NCBI RefSeq assembly: GCF_902713615.1
Contig: NC_052160.1
Span: 44,919,860-44,983,859, forward strand
From: Scyliorhinus canicula
Lineage: Eukaryota
Direction: 5' to 3'
Length of the DNA stretch: 64,000 nt
Part shown: positions 37,529 through 52,022 of the stretch, piece by piece
Layout: every line of letters begins with the position of its first letter
Numbering within the stretch: position 1 is the first letter of the stretch
Notes under the pieces: generated by a model
The model's input: only the letters and a program-made list of their open reading frames with translations
Databases searched by the model: none
What the model was told of the DNA's origin: nothing
Program-made: the position numbers and the translations under genes

Positions 37529-38209
37529 GTAAGGCAATGTTAACACCTCTTAGTGGCAGACTTGAAATCAGATTATAGCTTCATAGTTGCATCAAAAGTC
37601 AGGTGCAGTGAATGAAATCAGCTACAGATAAAAATTGTTATTCATAGGTTAAACTGGTCTGTTTGTCAGGCAGATGGGACACTGTCCCATTCCCACTCAG
37701 GCTCCCACCCTGGCCTCTTAATCGGACTCTGTTGACCTTGTCACTGGCTCTCTCCCTGGCCTTGAGAATTTCATTTATATTTCTGATTCCCCCTAATTCC
37801 TGACTTTTACAGACCTCATTTCTGGCTCATCTCTTCCCTTCCTGGACTCTCTTGCTCTGTCTAACTCTGGCAATGGACTTAATGGACTTAAGTTTGGGGA
37901 ACAAACTTAGTTTCTTCGAGCGAAATTTGAAGTGAACTTCAATTTCATGTGCCTTAACATAGGACAGGCAGAATAATTAACAAAGTAACAAACACGATAG
38001 CTTAAAAGGTAAGATGGTAGATAAATGTCTGCCATCGCTTAAGGAGCCTTTTCAGAACCCTCAAGAATCGGTCCAAATATTCAACCAGTCCCACCATGCG
38101 TTCCCGGCAGCGGAGGGTGCGAAGAAGCAGAAAACCCATGACAATGGCGGGCCGTCTCCGCAGAACAATCCTAGTCTACTGAGGAAAAAAGACCAAGAAA
38201 GATGAACCA

Positions 38210-41200
38210 TTCATTTAACTAAGAAAGTTAAGAATGGTTTCCATTGGTGGGGGTGGGGGGGGGGGGGGGGGGGGGGGGTTACAGTGCTGCAAAGGGCAGC
38301 GGTAGGCTAGAAGACTGGGGAAACTTTAGAAACCAGAAAACTTATTAAAGAAATAATAGTGGGAGACATTACAATATGTGACTAAATCAGCGAGAAATAA
38401 AAAACAAAACAGAAAGTATATGAAAAAGGAAGAGTGGCTAATATAAACTTACAAGAGGGTACTAGGACATTCATAATGGACAATAAGGAAGTGGCAGAGA
38501 GTTTGAGCAAGTATTTTGTTTCTGTTTCCAGTAGTAGAAGACACGAAAAGCATCCCGATTGTAGCAGCAAATCAGAGTAAAAGGGAGGGAGGAATCAAAA
38601 GCAATCACTGTCACTAGAGAAAAAGTATTAGGAAAACTAATGGGAATGGTTGACAAATCCCTTGGAGGCAATGGCCTTCATCCAAGGATCTTAAAGAACT
38701 GGCTAGAGAGGTGGTGGATGCATTGGTTGTAATCTTTCAAAACACTAGACTTGGAAAGGTCCCAGATGTTTGGAAAACTTCCAGTGCAGCACCTCTATTC
38801 AAGAAAGGAGAGAAACAGAAATCAGGAGAGTGTAGGTCAGTTATCCTAATATCCACCATTTTGAAAATACTGGAATCCATAGTTAAAGTAGTTGTAGCAA
38901 GAAATTTTAAAAATCAAGCAGAGTCAACATGGTTTTATGGAAGGGAAATAATGTTTTTTTTATAAATTTAGAGTGCCCAATTATATATTTTTTGGATACT
39001 TAAGGGGCAATTTAGCATGGCCAATCCTCCTAACCTGCACAGCTTTGGGTTGTGGGGGTGAAACTCACGCAGACACAAGGAGAATGTGCAAACTCCACAC
39101 GGACAGTGACCCAGGGGGGCCGGGATCAAACCCGGGTCCTCAGCCCTGTAATCCCAGTGCTAACCACTGCGCCACATGCTGCCATGGGAAATCATATTCG
39201 ATGGATTTGTTAGAAATCTTTGAGGAGCAACAAGCAGGGTGGATAAAGGGGAACCGGTATATGTAGTTTATCTGGTTTTCCAAAGGTACCACCTTAAATG
39301 TCACTATAGAAGATAAACAGTTGTGGTGATGGGGTAATATATTAGGGTGGATAAAGAATTGGGCCAACAGAAAACAAATTCCAGATAAATGGGTCATTTT
39401 CAAGTTGACAAATTGTAACCAGGATTATGCCGCAGGAATCAGTGCTGCGGCCTCAACTATTTACAATCTATACAATGACGTGGATGAAGGGAAAGAGTGT
39501 ATTGTAACCAAATTTGCTGATGATACAAAGGTAGATAGGAAAGTAAGTTGTGAGGCGGATACAATGTCTGAAAACATAGGCATACAAATTAGTTGAGGAG
39601 GACATTCAGCACATTGAGCCTTTCCCATATTTGATAAGATCATGGCTGGTCTGATTGTGATCTCAATACCACTTTCCTATTGATCTCCGATACCCACCAA
39701 ATTCCGCAGTCAATCAATAAATTAACTCAGTCTTAAAAATATTCAATAAGCCTGCCTCCACTGAACTGTGGGCGTAGAGAATTCCACAGACTAACAATTC
39801 CCAGAAAAATAAATTCTTCTCATCTGTCTTAAATGAAATGCCCCTTATTTTTAAACTGTGTTCCCTAAATCTAGTCTCTTTCAAAAGGGAAACACCTCAG
39901 TATCCACCTGTCAACCCCCCTCAGGATCTTATGTTTCAATAAGATTACCCCTCATTCTTTAAATGCCAATGTATTGAGACCCAACCTGCCCAACCCTTCC
40001 GCAGAAGATAACCTCTTCATCTCAGCAATCAGTGAACCTTCTTTGAACTTGGGAAAAAAATGAGTGGGTAAAAAGTTGGCAGATGGAGCATAATGTGGGT
40101 AAATGTGTAGTTGTCCATTTTGGCAGGAAAAATAGAAAAGAATATTCGTTAAATGAAGAGAGGCTACATAATGCGGCAATACAGAGGGCTCAATGTGGCC
40201 TCATACATGAATCACAAAAGGTACTGAAATTAATTAGGAAGGCAAATTGAATGTTGGCCTTTATTGCAAAGGCAATGAAGTATAAAAGCAGGGAAATCTT
40301 GCTAAACTATGTAGGACAATCATCTCAGCTCCAGAACATCACTGCAGGAGTTCCTCAGGGTAGTGTCGTAGGCCCAACTATCTTCAGCTGCTTCATCAAT
40401 GACCTCCCTTCTCTCATAAAATCAGAAATGGGGATGCTCACAGATGACTGCACAATGTTCAGCACCATTCGTGGCTCCTCAGATAATGAAGCAGTAGTCC
40501 ATGTCCAAATGCAGCAAGACGTGGACAATATCCAGGCTGGTCTGATAAGTGGCAAATTACATTTGTGCCACACAAGTGCTAGGCAATGACCATCTCCTAT
40601 AAGAGAGGATTGAACCACCGCCCCTTGACGTTCAATGGCATTACCGTTGCTGAATCCCCCACAATCAATATCCTGGGGGTTACCATTGATCGTAAACTGA
40701 ACTAGGCTAGCCGTATTAATATTGTGGCTACCCGGGGCAGCATGGTGGCGCAGTGGTTAGCATTGTTTCCTCACGGCACTGAGGTCCCAGGGTCAATCCC
40801 GGCTCTGGGTCACTGTCAGTGTGGAGTTTGCACATTCTCCCTGTGTTTGCGTGGGTTTCGCCCCCACAACCCAAAATAAGATGTGCCGGGTAGATGGATT
40901 GGCCATGCTAAATTGTCCCTTAATTAGAAAAAATGAATTGGGTACACTAAATTTTTTTTTAAATTTGTGGCTACCCTGGCAGGTCAAAGGCTAGGAATCT
41001 TACGGTGAGTAACTCACCTTCTGACACCTCAAAGCCCGACTACCATCAACAAGGCACAAGTCAGGAGTGTAATGGAATACTCTCCACTTGCCTGGATGAG
41101 TGCAGCTCCAACAACACTCAAGAAGCTCAACATCATCCAGGACAAAACAGCCTGCTTGATTGCTCCTCCATCCACAAACATTCAAACCCTCCACCACCGA

Positions 41201-42060
41201 TGAAAAGTGGCAGCTACAAGATGCATTGCAGTTACTCACCAAGGTTCCTTGGACAACATCTTCCAAACCCATGACCACTACCATCTAGAGGGACAAGAGC
41301 AGCAGATACCTGGGAACCCCATCACCTGGAGGTTCCCCTCCAAGTCACTCACCACCCTGACTTGGAAATATATCGCCGTTCCTTCACTTTCGCTGGGGCA
41401 ACATCCTGGAACTCCATCCCTAACAGCACAGTGAGTGTACTTACGCCTTAAGGATTGCAGCAGTTCAAGGAGGCAACTCACCACCACCTTCTGAAGGGCA
41501 ACCAGGGATGGGCAATAAATTGCTGGCCTAACCCGTAAATTAATTTTTAAAAACATTGATGAGAACAGAATCCTGCTCACTTTTGGTCTCTTTATTTAAG
41601 GAAAAATATACTTGCATTGGAGGTGATTCAGAGAAGGTTCACTCGGTTGATCCCAGTGATGAAGGGTTGTCTTATGAGTAAATGTTGAGTTTGGGCCTTT
41701 ACTTTTTGGAAGTTAGAAGAATGGGAGATCGCCTTATTGAAACACAAGATTAAAATTCAGAGGGGTTGACAGGGTAGAAACTGAGAGGATGCTTTCCCTC
41801 CTGGGGGAACCCACAACTAGTTAAGAGTTTCAGAATGGCTGGTCTATTGGAAATGGAAATGAGGAGAAATAGTATTGTTATGTTTTTGGAATTCTCAATG
41901 GAGGTTGTGCTAGATTATTGAAGGTTGCATTTTGATCCAGAGGGGAAAGAGGTGGGAGCAGGAAAATGGAGTTGAGGTTACATTAGATCAGCCATGGTCA
42001 TAGCGGATGCAGGAGCATGCTCAAGGGACTGAAATATTGACTGTTGCTTCTATCTTTTGT
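38210..42060 (+). mobile_element. Nested cluster of decayed CR1-clade LINEs (a second family at ~40315-41540, an inverted tail at ~39590-40050) with SINEs
   Basis: PLFKKG, KFADDTK, GVPQGSVVGPTIFSCFINDLPS; tail GGGCAATAAATTGCTGGCC. Confidence 0.8.
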
Positions 42061-44363
42061 TTTGAAATTCAAATTCTTAAATAATTAGTGTAATGTAGTT
42101 ACAATGAAGATTATTGTGAAGCTCTGCCTGTAGCCTTCTGGGTTGCTAGAATCCCAGTGATATTTACAGTTTATTTAATTTGCATTCACTGGCAGGAAGA
42201 ATAAGTAACTCAACAAAAGCCAATAACGTCTTAAATCCAACATCAGTTTGAATTAAGACTGAGTGATCTCATGGGGGTTTCTACCTGGGCAACTGGAGCA
42301 CACCAGGATTTACACAAATTTTCAAAGGCAATTTTCCTATTAAATAGGATCATGACTAATTAAGAAATATATTAACATGCCCATAGATTAGGACGCTGAA
42401 TTCATTAAAAATGATCAAATTGTTACTGCAGTGATATTTTACATGGATATTAGTACATTAACACAAGCCCTGCAAGCCAAGTTCACCCTGTGTATTTTGA
42501 CAGTGTGCTGTTGTCCAGAATGAAATGCATCCCTGATGAGTGGCCATTGATTTAACACAGAGCCTACTTTGTTCCACTCTCGCTGCAAAAGTTGCAGCAT
42601 TAATGTGGAATGCTGTGCTGAAACATCATCTCAGTTCACCTCTCCAATTCAATTCCAATCAAGGAACTCATCGTGGAGGAGAACTAGATTTCAACGAAAT
42701 TTAGATCACTTGTTTGAATCTGTAGAGGCTACAAAAGGTTCCACATGCTCCAGTAACCTCGCCCAAGCAGCTATTTTTCATGTGTGAGCCCAAACAGTGA
42801 ACTGGTCAACTGTGATGAGGAGTCACAGTGTGTGTGATCAAAGCATCGCCTGATATCCACTTTCTAGCAGAGGCTAATGTACAGCAATCAGAACGTGGAA
42901 CCCAGGCTGATTTTCACCCTACTTAATCCAAGGTCGCTAAAGCCAATTGTGCCACATCCATTCTCTTGAATGAGTTAGTTCAGTTAACTAATAAGAAATC
43001 AGGCCTTCTGTTCTGTAGGGCTCATTACTGCTCTAAGCAATTCATTTACCTAATGGTATGTTTGTCCCTCATTTATAAAAGCAACTTTGCTGTTAAAAAG
43101 GACAGCCAGACATGCAGTGCTTGCGATCATGCATCTTGCCGGAATTGCAGTTCTTCTGTACTTCATTTGCTATATAAAAAAAACAAATGTTTCTCCCTGA
43201 CTCGGTGTTGGAAGCTTGTTTCTCAGACCATACCTGTTACAGTCTCAGTTCGTAGAATCATATAATTTACAGTGCAGATGGAGGCTATTTGGTCCATCAA
43301 GTCTGCACCGGCTCTTAGAAAGAGCGCCCTACTTAAGCCCACACCTCCACCCTATTCCCATAACCCAGTAACCCAGCTAACATTTTTTGGACACTGAAGG
43401 GCAATTTAGCATGGTCAATCCACCTAACCTGCACATCTTTGGACTTTGGGAGGAAACCGTAGCACACGGAGGAAACCCACGCAGATACAGGGAGAACATG
43501 CAGACTCCGCACAGACAGTGACCCAAGCCGAGAATCGAACCTGGGACCCTGGTGCTGTGAAGCAACTGTGCTAACTACTGTGCTACCGTGCTGCCCACGG
43601 TATTATTAAATTTTCCTTTGAAAACTGTAATGGTCACTGCCTCATGCAGAGGAAGTTGTGGATTTGAGAAATCTGGCCTGGTACTGCTGAAAAAGGATGA
43701 TGGTCAGGGCAGGCAAGATCTGGAGGTAATATTGAGATTGTAATTTAAGATGCGTCTCAACTTCCACACAGTATTTGTAGAACAGAACAGGTCATTCAGC
43801 CCAACTGGTCGGCACCAGTTTTTATGCTGCACATAAGCATCCTCTCTCGACTATCCTCTCTCCACTACTTTATTAAATCCTATCAGCATAGCTCCTTTCT
43901 CCCTCATGTATTTATCTAAATTCCTTTTAAATTCCCTGGAGTATGTTTGTAAACTCTCAGGTTTCATCTTTGCTCACTTTACATCCCATATTACTATGTG
44001 ACTTTCCTTCGCAGACATGTTCCCCAATTTCTGAATTTCCGATGCTCTCTCTATAGTTTCTTCCAGTCCTATCCTACTAATGCCTTAACAATCTTTCTAT
44101 GCTTTAAAATATTTATCAAATTTTCCTTTGAAAGATGTAATGGTCGCTGCCTCAAACAATCCTGGTAAAATGTTCCAAACTCTAACAACCCTCCACATAA
44201 AAAGGAATATATCCTAACATCACCTCATTGCTTTTATGGGATAACTTTAAATTACTGACCCCTTATTGACGCCAGTTAGAGGAAACATTTTTATTAGATC
44301 TCCTCTTACCTCCTGTGTTTTAGTTTAAACAATGGTAGTTTCTCAACTCTCTTCTAGAACTAG

Positions 44364-45070
44364 GGGCACGAGTCTCCGACCCCCACGCCGGGTGGGAGAA
44401 TCGCGGGAGTGCCGGGCGATTCACGCCACGCCGCCCTGGAACCCGCACGCGATTCTCCCACCCCCCCCCCCCCAAATGGCGTGTCGCGTTTTACGACAGG
44501 CCACTCGGAGAATCGTCGCTCGCCATTTCTAACGTCGAGCGGCGATTCTCCGGTCCGGATGAGCCGAGCGGCCTGCCTAATCCGACAGGTTTACACCAGC
44601 GCCAACCACACCTGGTCGCTGCCGGCGTGAGCAGCGCGTGGCCACTGCGTATGGGGCCTGTTTTGGGGGGGGGGGGGGGGGGGGAGAGGGAGGATCAAGC
44701 ACCAGGGGGGTGCTCAGGAGGGGTCTAGCCCGCGATCGGTCCCTACCGATTGTCGGGCCGGCGTCTCTAAAAGACGCACTCTTTTCCCTCCGCCGACCCG
44801 CAAGATCAATGCTCCATTCTTATGGGGCGCCTGCGGGGATGACAGCAACCGCACATGCGCGGGTTGGCGCTAACCAACCTGCGCATGCGCGGCCGCGTCA
44901 TTCAGGCGGCGATGCTTTTAAGCGGGCGCCAAGGCCCGGCGCGCAAAATTGACAACGCGCCGCCGCTCCTAGAACCCTGGGGGGTGGGAGAATAGGGGGC
45001 GAGGAGCGGCCTCCGACACCGGAGTGAAACACTCCGGTTTTCACTCCGGCGTCAGCACTTTGTCGCGCCC
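44364..45070. mobile_element. PIF/Harbinger-type MITE, CpG-rich
   Basis: TIRs GGGCACGA / TCGCGCCC, 3-bp TSD TAG (44361-44363, 45071-45073), repeated GGAGAATCG/CGATTCTCC motifs; inserted in a CR1-like scrap. Confidence 0.8.
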
Positions 45071-46590
45071 TAGGTGTCTCATAATAAGGGGTCAGACATT
45101 TAGAACTACATTCCTGCCCTGTGGGCTCCACTCCCCACACGCTTCTACTCTTACCATGGCATGGTGTTTCTCCATTGCTCTTACTCTCATTTATAGCCTC
45201 CAAACTCGCCAGCAAAGACACAGGCATTTTTTTCAACTCAAATAATTGCAAATGTTTAGAATAATCTACCAAGAAAGATAACAAGACTTTGAAGTTATTT
45301 ACGACATAATTGATCCCGTAGTGAGAAACATAACTGAGTGATGAACTTCAGTGAAAACGTTGACAGGCAGTAGGGATGAACTTGACTGTTGATAAGCAAC
45401 AGTGATTTTCTTCAAAGAGAAAGATGATGTTCTAGAGACATGGGATTCAATGGGGAATGAATGCATCGACAGGTTGAGCTTCAATGGTATATTTAGTCTG
45501 CTTGAACAATGGGTTATGATTAGAGAGTTATGAAAGTAATTTCATATTCTGGGGTTATGGAGGGTGAAGGCTCACCTGGCTGATGTAGACTGGGGCTGGG
45601 GGCATGGACAGCGTGTCTATTCCAAAAGCAATTTGGAGTCCAAGAGCAGAGATGCCAGACGAAACAATCGATTGGTTGAGTGGCATTGAAGAAAAGGAAA
45701 GTTAAGGCTGTGGAGGGATTTTGAAATCAATCTGTGGAGGACAAGGAACCAATGGAGATTTGTAAAGGTATGGGGTGATGGATGAACAGCACTTAAAACA
45801 ACATATATATTTACATAGCTCCTTTGACATAAAGGCAAAACACAGAAACACTATAAAATAAAGTATGCCACCAAGACAGAGATGTTAATAACTTTAGACT
45901 GTGACCTTTCTCCTCTATCTTAAATCCTTTTTCTTCAATATCCCATACATCTTATTATCTCAATGCAATAATGCCTCTCCCCCCCCCCCCCCCCCCACCC
46001 CCCCCACACACACACACTTCCTCACCAGGCCATCTATCTTGTGTTAAGATTGCTGCATCTTGCTGCAATCTTTCCGAGCTACCGTTTAATATCTTAACAC
46101 ATTTCTCCCTCGCTTTAATTCTGATGGAGAATCAGATGGACTTGAAACATTAACTCTGTTTTCTCTCCCTACTGCTGTTGCCTTACCCGGAGTTTCTTTT
46201 CCCCAGAATCCTCTTTTTGCAAGGAGAAATTAGGTCAGATGAACAAATGTTTGGTGAATGAGGTTGACTTTAAGGAGTGGCTTAAAGGAGGAAAGCGAGG
46301 AAGAGAGGCAGAGAAGTGTGGGAAGGGCATTCCAGAACTTGGAGAATAGGCAACTGAAGGCATGCTGGTGAGGTAATTATTATTGGGAATGCACAAGCAA
46401 TCAGATTTCGAAGAGCACAGATATTTCAGGGGGCTGTGAGGCAAGAGAAGATTAGAGAGATATGGAGGGACAAAGCCACAAAGGGGTTTGAGAACATGGA
46501 CACGAATTCAGGATGTACAAAGTTTGTAGCAAATTTAATCATTTGGAAAACCATAAGAATTATAAACATTGAAAACATTGCTTATTTTAG

Positions 46591-46744
46591 TTCAACCAGT
46601 TGTTGCTGCTGAGAAATGAAACCCAGTTCTCCAGGAAGTATCTTGGAATTCTGAGTAGAAACAAAGTGGACCCACTGACTCTGGGACAGCACATTGACAG
46701 TCTCTGCAATCAAACCCCTGTGTACTGGCTCCAGGAAAGTAACA
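46591..46744 (+). CDS. BRICD5: BRICD5 exon 5 (FNQLLLLRNETQFSRKYLGILSRNKVDPLTLGQHIDSLCNQTPVYWLQESN+A)
   Basis: TTATTTTAG acceptor (alternative in-frame CAG at 46599), donor A|GTAAGT; LC..TPVYW BRICHOS end motif. Confidence 0.92.
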
Positions 46745-47180
46745 GTAAGTACCACACTTTAAAAAAGAATCAATTCTTGAAAATGTTATTTCTGAAAAAG
46801 TCTCAGATTAGGAATAATCTCCTTTCACTCATTTCATTTATATCTTACAGACTTCAGAAAGTCAGATATAGAATTTACCTTCTTCTGCTCTACAATAAAC
46901 TCCACCTGTCCATCGATAGGTTTCGTAGGCAGACAAGGTCATGATGCAGAATGTTTACCACATGACTTTGTGGTTTAACAAGTGATACATTTCTACTCGG
47001 GCTTGCACAAGCCCCAATCACAGGAGCTTGTTGCACTCATAACGTTTACGATATAGTGCCCCGACCTCACAGAACTCTGGCCCATGAAACAGCTCAGAGG
47101 GTGTGGCTGTGATGTGAATTCAGTCAGTAATTAAATGCATGCTAGTGATCCCGAATGGCTGAATTCCATTTGGCTGCTGA

Positions 47181-47309
<129 letters not shown>

Positions 47310-47875
47310 ACACTCCTCGTTGCACCTTTCCTTCACGTTAGTCTTTACAATGACAGAACATAGCCGGTTTGTTTAAAAAAAACACTTAATTTAATGTACA
47401 ATCCTCAGTCTTTCCCTTACTGATTCCCTTCTTTTCCAGTTCTTATTCAGTATTTTCGCAGTTGGTTAATGAACCTCAATGCAAGGACATGCTGCAACGT
47501 ATGCGGAGGGAGGGGAAGGGGAATGAAGTTATTTTTGATGGTCTGTTTTTAAAAAAACACTTTGTTTTCCCCTAGTTCGTAAATTTATCAATTTTACAAT
47601 GGCATCAGAAGACTAGTTTCTTTACCATCGATTTTTGAAGTTTCCTGGTTTGTGTTACTGAGATGTATACCATCCATATATGTTTTTGAGCTTTTCAGAG
47701 AAACAATAAAATTGATCAAGTCAACACAGATAAACTTCTATTATAGCCTGTAACATGGATATTGAATTTCATTACTCATCACTACTTCAAAACTATGGTA
47801 CATCCATGCCACAAAATGGGGGAGTAGTAGGAAAGAGGGAGGTCACTTATTGCAGAGTGAACGATACAAACGGAG

Positions 47876-48113
47876 TACAACATCCCTTAACCGGAAAATT
47901 CCAAAATCCACACTTTTATTTGAGCGCTGACATGACGTCTCAAGTGGGAAACCCCACAAGGCTCTGGGAAGGTTCCCGGGCAACGTGCGGGTCCCAATGT
48001 GCCACCTATGTGCAGGTTCCGGGAACAGGCCGTTTCACCTCCTCGAAAATGATATTCCGAAATCCGATACACTCTCGGTCCCAAGCATTTTGGGTAAGGG
48101 ATGCTCAACCTAT
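47876..48113. mobile_element. TcMar-Tigger (Tigger4/Zombi-like) MITE
   Basis: Right end reverse-complements to TATAGGTTGAGCATCCCTTACCCAAAATGCTTGGGACC; left end is a degenerate match. Confidence 0.6.
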
Positions 48114-48939
48114 ACTGATAAGAAAGGGGGTCACTTAATGCAGTGACGTGCACAAAAAGAGCAAGATGGAAGAGCTTGCATTTCTTCAGTGTCTTACATG
48201 ATCTCAGAGCATCCCAACGTGTTTTATAGCCAAAATACTTTTGCAGTATAGTCAATATGGTAATAAAAGAAACACAGCATTAAATTTCCACACAGTAAGT
48301 TACCACAAACAGTAATGTAATAGGACCAGATAATCTGTTTTAATAATCCTGGTTAATGGATAAAATTGGAAAACCCTCCCTACTCTTTGAATATTGCCAT
48401 TGATCCTTTATGTCTACTTGAGAGCATAGACACAACCTCAAGTTAGTTTCTCATCTGAAAGATAACCCACTCTGTTGTGCTGACCTTATGTACCAATCTA
48501 AATTACATGCTCAAGTCTTTGTAGGGGCTTGAACCCACTATCTTCTGACTCAGAGGTGAGAGTTCTAGCACAGAGTCACAGCTGACAACTAAGACATACC
48601 CACAGATGGAAGTCACTTAATGCAAAGCGCAAACAAAGTTGCTGCACAATTATATGTGACGGATATAGAGAGAAAATACTCAAACAAGAGTGTAAAGGAT
48701 AGAGAAGTCATGTAATGCACAGATCGAGATGAGAGAGGTGACTCAGTACAAACAGAATGTAAGGGATAGGGAGGACCATAGATACTGGAGCAGACTATTA
48801 AAACTCGCCAGCCTGTTTTGTCATTCAGTGAGATCATGGCTGATCTGCAACTTAACTCCATATACCAATGTTTGCCACATATCCCTTAGTGCATTTGGTT
48901 AACAAAACACTATCAATCCCAAAACTCCATAAATCCATG

Positions 48940-49860
48940 TTTGTTACATATCCCACAGATACTCCCACTCCACCCGGTCGAAAGCCTTCTCCGCGTCCAT
49001 CGCCACAGTCACTTCCTGCCCCTCCGGGGACATCATAATCATGTTAAGCAACCTCCTCATATTTGCCAACAACGGTCTCCCTTTCACAAACCCTGTTTGG
49101 TCCTCACCTATCATCCCTGGGCAGTCCTCAATTCGTGAAACCAACACCTTCACCAACAATTTAGCATCCACATTCAGCAACGATATCAGATGGTACGATC
49201 CACACTGCTCTGAATCCTTAGCTTTCTCAGTATCAGGGAGATGGACGCCTGCAACATTGTAGGAGGCCAACATCCAACTCGCTTTCTCCCCATACTTGTA
49301 TATTGTCCCCCTGGCCCTACGCAGCTGCCCTACTGCCTTCTCCATGGACACCAATACAAAATCCATCTGGAGCCTCTGCCTGTCCCTCAGCAACCCTGCC
49401 TCAAAGGCCTCCGAATATCTCCATTCCACAATCAAGAATCTCTTCCATCAGCCTTGCCATCTCTGCCCATTACGCCTTTTCTATGTGCCCGAATCAAAAT
49501 AAATCCCCCCCCCCCCCCCAAACCGAACCACCGACTTGAGCGCCTCCCACAGCATTGCGGCCTTAACCTCCCCTATGTCATTCAGCTCCACGCACCCCCG
49601 AATGGCAACCCTCACCCACTCGCACACCTCCTCATCCGCCAACAGTCCCACATCCAACCTCCATTGTGGAGGCTGCTGCCTCCCCCCCCTCTCCCGGTCC
49701 ACGCGCAAATCCACTCAGTGCAGCGTGTCGTCGGAGATCACAATTGCCGAATACCCAGAGTCAACCATCCCCTCCAACAACACCTTGAATACGACAAAAA
49801 AATTCAATCCGGGAGTACACCCTAGTGCAAAGGGGAAAAATACGAAAATTCCTTTGCCCT
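48940..49860 (-). mobile_element. Old, internally deleted L1 ORF2 fragments
   Basis: ISLLNVDAKLL..DQTGFVKGR..DAEKAFDRVEW and WRLDVGLLADEEV. Confidence 0.85.
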
Positions 49861-52022
49861 CTCCCCACTCCACTTAGTCAATCCCTGCTTTGCGTGGCTC
49901 CCCAGACCTAAAATACCTGACTGTGAAATGTCATCCTTTTTACCTCGCACGTGAATTTACCTCTGTACTCATCACAGCAATCTACATACCACCCCAGGCG
50001 GAAGTGAAGAAAGAACTTGACGAACTATACTCCACCATCAGCAACCAAGAAACAAATCAACCTGAAGTCCTGACAATCGTGGCTGTACAATTCCAACAAG
50101 GCCAACCTCATGAGGGTTCCACCTAAACTCCATCAGCATATCTCCTGCCCCACCAGAGATGCAAACACACAGAACCACTGCTACACGAGCATCAAAAGGT
50201 GCCTTCCGCTCCATTCCCCGACCACACTTTGGCAAATTTGACCACAAGTCAGTTCTCCTATTTCCGGCTTACAAACAGCAACTAAGCTTGCTGAGCCAGT
50301 CAAGAAAACCGTGCAGTGCCGGTTCGAGGCATCAGAGGATATCCTCCGCGACTGCTTGGAGTCTGTGGACTGGTCCATATTCAAGTTCGTGACAGCTAAC
50401 CTGGATGAGTATGCAACCACCGTCACAGACTTCATTGTGTCGCGGACTGTGCACCAAAGGAAACAATATGGGTGTTCCTCAATCAGAAACCCTGGCTTAA
50501 CCGAAGGGTTCACTCCTTGCTGAAGTCCCGGACAGAGGCGTTCAAGTCTGATGACACTGACCTATATAAGAAATCCAGGTACAACGTATGTAAAGCCATC
50601 AGGGATGCCAAAAGACAATACCGGACCAAACAAGAGTCCCAGGCCAACGACACAAACCCACGTCTATGGCAGGCTTACACAAGATTACAGGCTACAAAGC
50701 AAGGCCAGGTAGAATCTCTGGTACTGGAGCATCCCTCCCCGATGAACTGAACGGGTTCTATACCCGCTTTGAACAGTCAGCCAAAACATCAGTGCTACCC
50801 ACCCAAACAGCCTTGGACACACCCATTCCCACTATTACAGCGTCGGAGGTAAGAGCCGCCTTCTTGAAAGTGAAACGCGGAAAGCAATGGGCCCCGACGG
50901 AGTCCCTGGGCGAGCACTCAGACCCTGCGCAGACCAGCTGGCGAGCGTATTCGCAGTCATCTTCAACTCTCACTTCGCCGCTCCGAGGTTCCCACCTGCT
51001 TCAAGAAGACTACCATAATATCGAAGGTGGAGGAAGGATTGGTGGAGGGGTTGGGAGCCCCAATTGGAATTGAAGAAATAGTAGAGGGGCTGGAGGCCAT
51101 ACAATCGGGTAAGGCCCCGGGACTGGATGTGGATGGCTATCCAGTGGAGTTCTACAAGAAGTTCTCGGTTCAGGTTTGGGTGGGGGGGGGGGGGGGGGGT
51201 AGCATTATGCAAGGACACAAGTCTGGGGGCATTGATAACGGCACCTCTGCCGTTCTCGTCGGCCCGGTACTTCACAAGCACAGTGGTACTGGCGGCCCTG
51301 TGAGTCTGGGGGCAGTGGAGGAAAGATATGAGAGTGGAGGGAGCTTCATTCTGGGCCCCGATTTCCAATAACCGTCAATTTGTACTAGGAAGGCTGGTTG
51401 AGGGGGTTTCGGAGATGGCACAGAGCAGGGATTGAGAAGATATTCATAGATGGGAGCTTCCCTTGTTTGAAGGCATCTGCAGGTATGGGATTTTTTGCTA
51501 AGGCAGGTTTCGACCTTTCCACTCCTACCGCTACGGGGGATACAGGACAGGGTAGTTTCCAGAACAGAGGTGGGATATGATGCTTTGAGTAGAGTTACCA
51601 CATCCCCATCATGCGGCAATAGTCCTCAACATCGGGGCGAGAGCGACACGCACGCACACATCTCAAACAATTTTTTTTTTTTTTTTTTCAAATAATTTTT
51701 TATTGAAATTTTTCGATACAAACATTTACCCCTACTACATTTTAAATTATAACACAACAAATCCCCCTGGAAAATCCTCCCCACGCCCTCCCCCGCGCGC
51801 ACCCCCCCCCCCCCCCCCCCCACCCTCCCCCCCCCCCCCCCCCCCCCCCCCGCGCTACCCGTCTAGCAACCAAACCGTTTTTCCCTTTCTGCCGATGGCC
51901 TCGGGCAGTCATTGCCCACGACCCCCCGCTGACGTGCTCCCTTCGTTGCTATCCCCCCCCCCTCCCTTCCCCCCCCCCCCCCCCCTTTCTCCCCGGGTTG
52001 CTGCTGTTTCGGCCTCCAGTTC

